Source of the DNA: Aromatoleum toluolicum
Lineage (GTDB): Bacteria; Pseudomonadota; Gammaproteobacteria; Burkholderiales; Rhodocyclaceae
Assembly (NCBI RefSeq): GCF_012911005.2
Contig: NZ_WTVS01000016.1
Coordinates: 61,861 to 91,860, forward strand
DNA: 30,000 nt
Direction of reading: 5' to 3'
Shown here: piece after piece, positions 1-7,463 of the stretch
Numbering within the stretch: position 1 is the stretch's first letter
Layout of the letters: each line of letters opens with the position of its first letter
Made by a program: the position numbers and the translations under genes
Notes under the pieces: generated by a model
The model's input: only the letters and a program-made list of their open reading frames with translations
What the model was told of the DNA's origin: nothing
Databases searched by the model: none

Positions 1-19
1 CTAAACAAAACATGGTTCT

Positions 20-47
20 ATTTTAACCAAAGGCTCGGGGAATTCAA
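20..47 (-). promoter_or_regulatory. Candidate sigma70 promoter firing leftwards out of the window
   Basis: Minus strand reads TTGAAT (42-47), a 16-nt spacer, then TAAAAT (20-25). An AGAAY-N3-RTTCT-type box AAAACATGGTTCT (7-19) lies just downstream of the -10. Related boxes occur at 47-59 and 58-70. The target gene is off-window. Confidence 0.35.
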
Positions 48-117
48 GAACATTTTTAGAACAAGCTTCTGTTTTTCCCGGTGAGCATCGAGCCCCCGGC
101 CTCGCATCGCGCAGACG

Positions 118-149
118 AAAAAAAACGGCAAGACACACGCCTTGCCGTT
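118..149 (-). terminator. Rho-independent terminator of the porin gene
   Basis: 9-bp stem AACGGCAAG (124-132) pairs with CTTGCCGTT (141-149) around an 8-nt loop. On the minus strand it is followed by a run of 8 T (plus-strand A-run 118-125). It lies about 50 nt downstream of the porin stop at 201. Confidence 0.7.
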
Positions 150-200
150 CCTTTGCAGACCGGCGACGACACGCCGCCATCCCCGGCCAGAATCGCCCGA

Positions 201-1316
201 TCAGAAGTTATGAACGATACCCGTCACGACGGCGCTCTGCTTCTCCGGAGCAATGGTCCAGTCCTGGCCGGCTGCGCGCGCCGGGCTGCCGCCGAGCTGA
301 TATGCAGCCGCGTCCTGGTTCTTGAGGTTGGTGTACAGCGCGTAGACCTGGGTGCGCTTCGACAAGGCGTAGTTGTAGCCGACGGTGTACATGCGCGCAC
401 CGCTGTCGTCGATGCCGGCGTCGCCCTTCCAGTCGTTGGCTTTGCCGTAGAAGGCGCCGACGGTGTGCGCGCCGGTCGTGTACTTCGCGAGCAGATGCCA
501 GTAGTTGCGGCTACGGTCGTCGCCGGACTGGTTGATGTCTTTCAGCACGTCGCGCTCGATCAGGCCGGCGAAGTAGAACGGGCCTGCCTGGTAACCGGCG
601 GTGATGAAATTTGAATAGCCGTCGTCGTAGAAGTTCTTCGACTGCGCTTCCATGCGGCGCTGCTGCAGGTGACCCCACGCCGCCTTGAGCGGACCGTTCT
701 CGTACACCACGTTGGCCGAGAACATGCGCGATCCGTCGTCGCCCAACTGCTCCTCGCCGCCGTTGTCCGACGGACCGAAGGAATACCACAGCTTGGCGCT
801 CAGGCCGCCGAACTTCGGCGATTCGTAGCTGACCGCGTTCGGCAGCCGCTCGTCGAAACCGCCGGTGGCGGCGCTGGAGCCGTTGGCCCACAGGGTCGCG
901 TCGTTCGAAGTACCGGTGAACAGCTGGAAGTAGTTACCCGAGATCGAATGCAAGTCGTCGTAGGGATGATAGAAGTTACCCGCCTTGACCGTGCCGTAGT
1001 CGTTCTTCAGGCCGACGAAGGTTTCGCGGCCGGCGAGCTTGTTCGAACCGCCGGTGGAGCCGTCGTCGAGCGCGACGCCCGATTCGATCTGGAAGAACGC
1101 CTTCAGACCGCTGCCGAGCGCTTCTTCACCGCGGAAACCGATGCGCGAGGTGTTGTTCTTCAGGAACTGGGTGGTTTCCTGACCCGACTTGCGGATCTGC
1201 TCGAACGAGACGTGTGCGCGGCCGTAGATCGTGACGCTGGTATCCTGGGCCGATGCGACCTGGGCGGCGCCGGCGCCGAGTGCTGCGAGCACGGCGATAG
1301 TGACTTGCTTCTTCAT
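201..1316 (-). CDS. Gram-negative general porin (OmpC/Porin_4-like, betaproteobacterial type)
   Basis: Start trimmed to the ATG at 1314-1316, giving MKKQVTIAVLAALGAGAAQVASAQD, a signal peptide with an ASA-QD cleavage site. An AAGGAAGG SD lies upstream. The sequence has alternating aromatic beta-strand character and the C-terminal ...GIVHNF typical of porins. Confidence 0.9.
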   Translation of the reverse strand: MKKQVTIAVLAALGAGAAQVASAQDTSVTIYGRAHVSFEQIRKSGQETTQFLKNNTSRIGFRGEEALGSGLKAFFQIESGVALDDGSTGGSNKLAGRETFVGLKNDYGTVKAGNFYHPYDDLHSISGNYFQLFTGTSNDATLWANGSSAATGGFDERLPNAVSYESPKFGGLSAKLWYSFGPSDNGGEEQLGDDGSRMFSANVVYENGPLKAAWGHLQQRRMEAQSKNFYDDGYSNFITAGYQAGPFYFAGLIERDVLKDINQSGDDRSRNYWHLLAKYTTGAHTVGAFYGKANDWKGDAGIDDSGARMYTVGYNYALSKRTQVYALYTNLKNQDAAAYQLGGSPARAAGQDWTIAPEKQSAVVTGIVHNF

Positions 1317-1596
1317 CGTGTTCCTTCCTTCGGTTTGGTATTCGTATCTGCAAGCCGGCGGCCACACCGCTCCTGGTGCAACACCTACGACTCCCGCTGG
1401 CAGTCAGTGCCGGCTTGCTGTGCCTTTTCTGTGTACCTGGCGGCTCAATTCCGGGGCAGAAGTCCGGCGCCGCAAAGTCGGTCCTGATCTGGCGTCAGGT
1501 CGCGCTAGGTTCTCGTCGTGGTCGTCACCCTCCCCGTTCCTCCTCCGGCCTGCGTGCTTATGTGAGCTGTGCGGTTTATCGCCGCTTGACGGGCTT

Positions 1597-1658
1597 ACAA
1601 TAAAACACATTTCTACCTGTAACAACTTCTTTTTAGAACTGCGCTGCGCCTGCTGCAA
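1597..1658 (-). promoter_or_regulatory. Two tandem candidate sigma70 promoters upstream of the porin gene
   Basis: Minus strand, first candidate: TTGCAG (1653-1658), 17 nt, TAAAAA (1630-1635), with an AGAAC half-box at 1635-1639. This is the same geometry as the other promoter modules in the window. Second candidate: TTGTTA (1620-1625), 17 nt, TATTGT (1597-1602). Either one implies a leader of about 280-310 nt. Confidence 0.3.
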
Positions 1659-1674
1659 CTTTGCAACCTGAGCC

Positions 1675-2097
1675 CTAGCGCAGCACGAGTACCGGAATAC
1701 GGCAGCCGTTGATCAGCGAGGTCGTTTCGCTGCCCAACAGCAGGCCCGACAGGCCTGTGCGGGCGTGCGAGGCCATGCAGATCAGGTCACAGCCACGCTG
1801 CTGCGCCGCCGCGATGATCTCTTCGTGCGGGGATGCGCCGCTGACGTAGAAACATTCGGCGTCCACGCCCTGCTCGTGCGCCTCGTGCGAGATCACCGCG
1901 AGGAACTCCGCCGCGGCATCCTCCTGAACGTTATCGCCGGCAATTGCGAGGCCCGCGCCGGCCGGCGCATGCGACGAAACGACCACGGAAAGCCCCGTGA
2001 CTTTCGCGCCGACAGCCTTGGCGAGCGCGATGCCGTGCCGGATCGCGATCCGCGACAGCTCCGATCCGTCGGTCGGCAACAGGATGTTCTTGTACAT
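1675..2097 (-). CDS. Universal stress protein (UspA family)
   Basis: 140 aa beginning MYKNILLPTDGSELS, with G-x2-G-x9-G(S/T)-type ATP-loop remnants (ARTGLSGLLLGSET). Only 18 nt separate it from the upstream shikimate dehydrogenase-family gene. Confidence 0.9.
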   Translation of the reverse strand: MYKNILLPTDGSELSRIAIRHGIALAKAVGAKVTGLSVVVSSHAPAGAGLAIAGDNVQEDAAAEFLAVISHEAHEQGVDAECFYVSGASPHEEIIAAAQQRGCDLICMASHARTGLSGLLLGSETTSLINGCRIPVLVLR

Positions 2098-2115
2098 GGT
2101 GAATCCCTCGATTGA

Positions 2116-2976
2116 TCAGGCGCCCATCGACGCGAAATGCCGCAGCATGCGCTCGGCGTCGGGTTCCAGCCCGGTGAAGTGGCGGAAGGCATCGACCGCC
2201 TGGAACACCGCCATGCCACCGCCGTTCAGCGTGCGGCAACCCTTCGCCGCGGCCACGCGCAGCAGTTCGGTTTCGAGCGGGAAATACACGATCTCGGCCA
2301 CCCAGTGGCGCGACTGCAGCAGTTCCGCGGGCAGCGGCACGCCGGGGAACTTCGCCATGCCGGTGGGCGTCGCGTGGATGAGGCCGTCCGCCTCGTCCAT
2401 GGCTGCGGCCAGGTCGGTACATGCGGCCGCACGGCCGGCGCCGAATGCGTCGCACAGGCTGGCGGCGAGCGTCTCGGCGCGCACGGGGTCCGAATCGCGC
2501 ACGTACAGCTTGCCGACGCCCTGCTGCAGGGCTGCATGCGCCACCGCGGCGCCCGCGCCGCCCGCACCGAGCTGGACGACGACGTCGCGCTTGGCATCGG
2601 GCAGGCCGCGCCGGAAGCTCTCGCCGAAGCCGCTGCAGTCGGTGTTGTAGCCGATGCGCCGCCCCTCGCGCAGGACCACCGTATTCACGGCATTCAGGGC
2701 CCGGGCGTCGTCGGAGAGTTCGTCGAGCAGCGGAATCACCGCCTGTTTGAACGGGAAGGTGATGTTCAGGCCGCAGAAGCCCATGCGTTCGGCGGCAGTC
2801 AGGAGTTCGGGCAGGTCGTCGACGGTGAGGCCGAGGATCTCGGTGTCGATCTTCTTGTACATGTAGCGCACGCCCTGCTCGTCACCTTCGCGCTCGTGCA
2901 TGGGCGGCGTGCGCGAGGCCTGGATGCCGGAACCGATCAGGCCACAGAGGAAGGATTGTTTCGCGTTTGCACTCAT
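2116..2976 (-). CDS. Shikimate/quinate dehydrogenase family protein (AroE/YdiB-like paralog)
   Basis: Start trimmed to the ATG at 2974-2976 (MSANAKQSFLCGLIG) with an AGGAG SD. Family signatures: GSGIQASRTPPMHE, GLNITFPFKQ, NAVNTV, YNTDCSGF, and the Rossmann motif LGAGGAGAAV. 286 aa. The long N-terminal extension in the ORF track is Arg/Ala-rich junk. Confidence 0.9.
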   Translation of the reverse strand: MSANAKQSFLCGLIGSGIQASRTPPMHEREGDEQGVRYMYKKIDTEILGLTVDDLPELLTAAERMGFCGLNITFPFKQAVIPLLDELSDDARALNAVNTVVLREGRRIGYNTDCSGFGESFRRGLPDAKRDVVVQLGAGGAGAAVAHAALQQGVGKLYVRDSDPVRAETLAASLCDAFGAGRAAACTDLAAAMDEADGLIHATPTGMAKFPGVPLPAELLQSRHWVAEIVYFPLETELLRVAAAKGCRTLNGGGMAVFQAVDAFRHFTGLEPDAERMLRHFASMGA

Positions 2977-3095
2977 TGTCGCTTGCTCCTTTCGCGGCTT
3001 TCCTTGCGGACCGGTCGGTCGCATCACCGCTGCTGCTATTGAATTGATGTTCGATCGGCGGACGGACCACTGCCCCCGGCAAGCTGCCCTGCCTG

Positions 3096-4052
3096 TCACT
3101 GCTTCAGGGCTTTGCTCCAGCGTTCCACGTCCGCGGCAAGGCGCGCACGCAGTGCCTTCGGGGTCGCATCGTCGGCTTTGGCAGGGGTCGCGCCGAGATC
3201 CTTCAGCGCGTCGATCAGTGCCGGGTCCTGCAGGGCCTGCCGCAAGGCTGCCGAGAGACGCTCGATGCGCTCTGGCGGCGTACTCTTGGGCGCATACAGG
3301 CCGTGCCACACAACGAGTTGCACGCCGGGCAGGCCCGCCTCCGCGAGCGTCGGCACGTCGGGCAGTGCGGCCAGTCGTTCGACCGTCGTTACGCCGAAAG
3401 CCTGCACCTCGCCGCTCCTGATGCGCTCGAGCGTATGCGTGGTCTGGTCGCACATGAGGTCGATGTGCCCGTCGCTCAGCATCGCGTTCATCGCGCTCGC
3501 GGTGCCTGGGTGCGTCAGCGTCGGCAGATCCTTGCCCGCCGCGCGCGCGAACAGGACGCTGCACAGGTGGGACGCCGACCCCTCCCCGGCGTGGCCGATG
3601 GCGAGCTTGCGCCGCCCCGTCTCCATCTGCGTGCGCAGTTCGGCGACGTTGTGGGCGCGCAGGTCGCGGCGTGCGATGAGCGTCATCGGCACGTCGGCGA
3701 TCAGCCCGACGGGTTCGAAATCCTTCTGCGGATCGTAGGGCAGCTTGGCGTTGAGTGCGGGCGCAGCGGCGTGACCGACGTTGGCGAGCAGCAACACCTT
3801 GCCGTCAGGTCGGGCACGCTGCACCTCGCGCGTGCCGACCGAGCCGCCCCCGCCGCCGATGTTCTTCACCGACACGCGCTCGCCCAGCGCCCGCCCGAAG
3901 GCGGCGACGAAGGGCTGCGCCAGCTTGTCGGTGGGGCCGCCGGCGACGAACGGCACGACGAGCGTGAGCTTGGGCTCCGGCTGCGCCGCGCTCACCACGG
4001 CCGGCAGAATGGCGGCAAGCACCGCAACAAGACGCATCACGAATGGCACCAT
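3096..4052 (-). CDS. Tripartite tricarboxylate transporter substrate-binding protein (Bug/TctC family), orphan
   Basis: The ATG at 4050-4052 has an AGGAG 6 nt upstream. It has a signal peptide (MVPFVMRLVAVLAAILPAVVSAAQ). Family-typical motifs: VVPFVAGGPTD and IGGGGGSVG. No tctA or tctB gene is in the window. Confidence 0.9.
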   Translation of the reverse strand: MVPFVMRLVAVLAAILPAVVSAAQPEPKLTLVVPFVAGGPTDKLAQPFVAAFGRALGERVSVKNIGGGGGSVGTREVQRARPDGKVLLLANVGHAAAPALNAKLPYDPQKDFEPVGLIADVPMTLIARRDLRAHNVAELRTQMETGRRKLAIGHAGEGSASHLCSVLFARAAGKDLPTLTHPGTASAMNAMLSDGHIDLMCDQTTHTLERIRSGEVQAFGVTTVERLAALPDVPTLAEAGLPGVQLVVWHGLYAPKSTPPERIERLSAALRQALQDPALIDALKDLGATPAKADDATPKALRARLAADVERWSKALKQ

Positions 4053-4166
4053 CCCACACTCCTCGCTCGATATCGGCTTCATTAGGGGAGATCACGCCGG
4101 CTGGCACGACCACATCGCCGTCGATGTGACCGTACCCTCCGGCTTGCTGCGCGAACGCGACGCGCC

Positions 4167-5186
4167 TTACTTGGCGCCGCGCACCTTCGCGACTTCGGCG
4201 TACACTTCCTTGACGAAGGGTTCGCCCAGTTCCTTCGTGTACTTCTCGATCACGGGCTTGACCTTCTCGCGCATCTTGGCCATTTCCTCGGCCGACAGCT
4301 CGGTGACCTCCAGCTTCTTCTTCAGGTGCTCGAGCGCCTCGGCGTTCTTCTTCGCCGACACCTGACGCTCGAAGTCGCGCGCCTCGTTGGCCGATTCCTG
4401 GATGACCTTCTGCTCGGCCGGGGTCAGCTTGTCCCAGGCCTTCTTGCTCATGATGATGATCTGCGGGTTGTACTGGTGACGGGTCAGGGTCAGGTACTTC
4501 TGCACCTCGTCGAACTTCATCACCGGAATGGTCACGAGCGGGTTGGTCGCGCCGTCGACGGCCTTCTGCTCCAGCGCGTTATAGACTTCCGGGAACGGCA
4601 GCGGCGTCGCGTTCGCGCCCAGCGCGTTCATCATGTCGACGTACACCGGGGTCTGGATCACGCGAATCTTCAGACCGGCGAGATCCTCGACCTTCTTGAC
4701 CGGACGCTTGTTGTTCGAGATGTGGCGGAAGCCCAGCTCCGGATAGGCCAGGCCAACGATGCCCTTCTCCGGCAGCTTGTCCATCAGCTTCTTGCCGATG
4801 GGGCCGTCCATGACGGTGTGCGCCTCCTTTTCGTTGTCGAACAGGAAGGGGAAGTCGAGGACGGAGAATTCCTTCGCGAGACCGTTCAGCAGGCTCGCGT
4901 TCATCTGCGACAGTTCGACGGTGCCGCCCTGCAGCGAGGACACGACCTGCAGGTCGCCGCCCAGCGCGCCGCCGCCGAAGATCTTCACCGTCAGGCTGCC
5001 GCCGCTCTTTGCCTTCACCAGCGCAGCGAACTTCTCGACGCCGTCGTACTGCGCCGTGCCCGGATTGGTCTGCATCGCCAGCTTCAGGTCGCGCGCCGCG
5101 GCATCAGCCGAAAACATGACACCCGTCGACAGCACGGCAACCGAGCCGAGGACACCCGCCATCAGTTTCTTGATTTGAGTCTTCAT
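4167..5186 (-). CDS. dctP: TRAP transporter substrate-binding protein (DctP family)
   Basis: The ATG at 5184-5186 has an AGGAGA SD. It has a signal peptide (MKTQIKKLMAGVLGSVAVLSTGVMFSADAAA). DctP-like core motifs: LKLAMQTNPG, FRHISNNKRPV and VIQTPVYVDMMNALGA. Confidence 0.92.
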   Translation of the reverse strand: MKTQIKKLMAGVLGSVAVLSTGVMFSADAAARDLKLAMQTNPGTAQYDGVEKFAALVKAKSGGSLTVKIFGGGALGGDLQVVSSLQGGTVELSQMNASLLNGLAKEFSVLDFPFLFDNEKEAHTVMDGPIGKKLMDKLPEKGIVGLAYPELGFRHISNNKRPVKKVEDLAGLKIRVIQTPVYVDMMNALGANATPLPFPEVYNALEQKAVDGATNPLVTIPVMKFDEVQKYLTLTRHQYNPQIIIMSKKAWDKLTPAEQKVIQESANEARDFERQVSAKKNAEALEHLKKKLEVTELSAEEMAKMREKVKPVIEKYTKELGEPFVKEVYAEVAKVRGAK

Positions 5187-5285
5187 TTTGTCTCCTAGTC
5201 CTGCGTGCGAAAGAAAGACTTCCTGTTTCAAAGCGCGGAAGCTGCGCTCATCCGGGGAGCCCGGCGTCCACCGGGCCCGTGTTCA

Positions 5286-6566
5286 TCAGCTTGCAAACCA
5301 CTTGGCCGGGCCGGTGACAAGCACCGGGAACATCACCAGCGAGAAGAGCACGGCGAGCTGCGCGATGAGGAAGGGCCACACGCCGCGCATGAGGTCGCTG
5401 ATGCTGATCTTGCCGACGCCGGCGACGACGTTGAGCACCGTGCCCACCGGCGGCGTGATCAGGCCGATCGCGTTGTTCATGATGAACAGCACGCCGAAGT
5501 AGATCGGGTCGATGCCGGCCTGCTTCACCACCGGCATCAGCACCGGCGTCAGGATCAGGATGGTCGGCGTCATGTCCATCGCGGTGCCGACTGCGACCAC
5601 GACCAGCATGATCACGATCAGCAGCAGCGTCGGGTTGTCCATGAAGGGCTCGAGCAGCGCGATGAGCTCGCCCGGCAGGTCGGCGACCGTGATCAGCCAT
5701 GCCGACACCATCGCGGCGGCGACCAGGAACATCACCACCGCCGTGGTCGTCGCGGCCTGCACGAACACCGCATAGACGTCCTTCAGCTTCAGTTCCTTAT
5801 AGACGAACACCGCGATGATCAGCGAATACACCGCAGCCACCACCGCCGCCTCGGTCGGCGTGAACACACCGAACTTCAGGCCGACGATGATGATCACCGG
5901 CAGCATCATCGCCCACGCGCCGTCGATCATCGTCGCGACGATTTCCTTCGCCGACTTGCGCGGCATGGGCTTGACGTTCTCCTGACGGGCAACGATCCAC
6001 CAGGCGATGGCAAGGCCGATACCCATCATCAGGCCAGGGAAAATACCGGCGAGGAAGAGCTTGGAGATCGACAGCCCGCTCGCGACGCCGAAGATCACGA
6101 AACCGATGCTGGGCGGGATGATCGGGGCGATGATGCCGCCCGCTGCGATCAGGCCGCAGGAGCGCTCCTTGTTGTGCCCGGCCGCGGTCATCATCGGCAC
6201 GAGCAGCGCAGCCAGTGCGGCCGAGTCCGCGACCGCCGAACCCGACAGCGAAGCCAGGAGGCAGGACGCGAGGATCGCGACATAGCCGAGGCCGCCATGC
6301 ACGTGGCCGACCATCGCGAGCGCGATATTGACGATGCGCTTCGACAGACCGCCCGCGTTCATGATCTCGCCGGCGAGCAGGAAGAAGGGCACGGCCATCA
6401 GCGGGAAGCTGTCGGCGCCGTTGATCACGTTCTGCGCGATGATCTGCGCGTCGAACATGTCGAGGTGGTACATCAGGGCAACGCCGCAGATCAGCAGCGA
6501 GAAGGCGATGGGAACACCCAGCGCCATCGCGCCGAGCAGGGATCCGAGAAAGATCGTAATGGTCAT
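5286..6566 (-). CDS. dctM: TRAP transporter large permease (DctM family)
   Basis: Start trimmed to the ATG at 6564-6566 (MTITIFLGSLLGAMALGVPIAFSLL). The protein is polytopic and about 426 aa long, with typical DctM motifs (FPLMAVPFFLLAGEIMN, GPIIPPSIGFVIFG). Confidence 0.93.
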   Translation of the reverse strand: MTITIFLGSLLGAMALGVPIAFSLLICGVALMYHLDMFDAQIIAQNVINGADSFPLMAVPFFLLAGEIMNAGGLSKRIVNIALAMVGHVHGGLGYVAILASCLLASLSGSAVADSAALAALLVPMMTAAGHNKERSCGLIAAGGIIAPIIPPSIGFVIFGVASGLSISKLFLAGIFPGLMMGIGLAIAWWIVARQENVKPMPRKSAKEIVATMIDGAWAMMLPVIIIVGLKFGVFTPTEAAVVAAVYSLIIAVFVYKELKLKDVYAVFVQAATTTAVVMFLVAAAMVSAWLITVADLPGELIALLEPFMDNPTLLLIVIMLVVVAVGTAMDMTPTILILTPVLMPVVKQAGIDPIYFGVLFIMNNAIGLITPPVGTVLNVVAGVGKISISDLMRGVWPFLIAQLAVLFSLVMFPVLVTGPAKWFAS

Positions 6567-6582
6567 GATGGGGCTCCCTGTC

Positions 6583-7185
6583 TCAGTGCTTGCCGCCCGC
6601 CACCGCACGCAGCGGAGGTTCGCCTTGGGTGCCGGCGTGTTCGCCGTGGATTTCCTCGGATTCCTTGACCTGCACGAGTTCGTGCTCGGCCAGCTTGCAG
6701 AACAGTGCGCGGTAGAGGTTGTGCAGAGTGATCAGCCCGCCGGTGACGGCGAACACGACCCCGATGCCGTAGAACCAGCCCATGGACCAGCCGGAAGTCG
6801 GCGCCTTCACGTCGAGGTTGATGACCGTCTGGTCCCAACTACCGACCAACAACAGCCAGCAGACATAGGCGACCAGTACCTGGCCGATGATCAGGCACAC
6901 GCGCTTGCCCAGCGGCGACAGACGCATCACGAAGGCATCCACGCCGAGATGCCCGTGTTCGCGCATCGCGACCAGGGCGCCGAGGAAGGTCATCCACACG
7001 AAAAACCAGCGGGACACTTCCTCGGAGACCGAGATGCCGCTGTTGAACGCATAGCGCAGGAACACGTTCCCGAACACGAGCACGACCATGATTGCCAGAC
7101 ACAGCGCAATCACGAACTTCAGGAACCGAAAGTACCCGTCCACGATTTTCGTGACGACGGATACGGAACTATCAGGCGAACTCAT
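6583..7185 (-). CDS. dctQ: TRAP transporter small permease (DctQ family) with a hydrophilic C-terminal tail
   Basis: The ATG at 7183-7185 has a GGAGGAG SD. It has four hydrophobic segments and the DctQ-typical ...VFLRYAFNSGISVSEEVSRW.... Its stop lies 16 nt before the dctM start. Confidence 0.9.
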   Translation of the reverse strand: MSSPDSSVSVVTKIVDGYFRFLKFVIALCLAIMVVLVFGNVFLRYAFNSGISVSEEVSRWFFVWMTFLGALVAMREHGHLGVDAFVMRLSPLGKRVCLIIGQVLVAYVCWLLLVGSWDQTVINLDVKAPTSGWSMGWFYGIGVVFAVTGGLITLHNLYRALFCKLAEHELVQVKESEEIHGEHAGTQGEPPLRAVAGGKH

Positions 7186-7328
7186 CGACTTCTCCTCCAG
7201 GACATCGTGTGCAAACTGTCATCCAACGTCGCGCCTTCCGTCGGGATGCCTTCGGCCTCTGCGGGACCGTTCGGACTTGCTGCCTTGTTCTTGAGACGCG
7301 CGGACATCGTGCAGGCTGACTTTCAGCA

Positions 7329-7379
7329 ACTATAGAACGTAATTCTGTTGTACGCAACATCAATTCAGAATCATGTTCT
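7329..7379 (-). promoter_or_regulatory. Candidate sigma70 promoter plus two operator-like boxes upstream of dctQ
   Basis: Minus strand: -35 TTGCGT (7352-7357), 17-nt spacer, -10 TATAGT (7329-7334). Boxes are AGAACGTAATTCT (7334-7346) and AGAATCATGTTCT (7367-7379). There is also an inverted repeat GTTG-N4-CAAC at 7347-7358. Confidence 0.55.
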
Positions 7380-7396
7380 CAAAATTAAGCATCCTT

Positions 7397-7425
7397 ATAA
7401 AAAGGAACCCGCACGAGCGGGTTCT
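7397..7425 (-). terminator. Rho-independent terminator of the DMT gene
   Basis: Stem GGAACCCGC (7404-7412) pairs with GCGGGTTCT (7417-7425) around a 4-nt loop. On the minus strand it is followed by TTTTTAT. It lies about 40 nt after the stop at 7464. Confidence 0.65.
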
Positions 7426-7463
7426 AAGCGCATTCGCTGCGCGAGGAGAAACGCCTTGAAACC

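Noticed and set aside
81-614. 177-aa plus-strand ORF at the window start
   Set aside because: It lies entirely antisense to the well-supported porin gene. Its Ala/Val/Arg/Gly-rich composition is typical of shadow ORFs in high-GC DNA, and it has no SD.
2977-3564. N-terminal extension of the shikimate-DH-family ORF (482 aa in the track)
   Set aside because: The extension is Arg/Ala/Gly-rich with no family similarity and overlaps the Bug gene. An internal ATG at 2976 with an AGGAG SD gives a canonical 286-aa protein.
5205-6668. 487-aa plus-strand ORF rich in His/Arg/Asp
   Set aside because: It is antisense to dctM. Its low-complexity charged composition arises from reading hydrophobic codons backwards, so it is not a plausible protein.
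7342-7360. Reading the TTGC/GCAAC elements (also at 8518-8536 and 11263-11268) as sigma54 -24/-12 promoters
   Set aside because: No GG dinucleotide sits at the required TGGCAC-N5-TTGC spacing in any copy. The sigma70 reading (TTGCGT-17-TAnnnT) fits all copies exactly.
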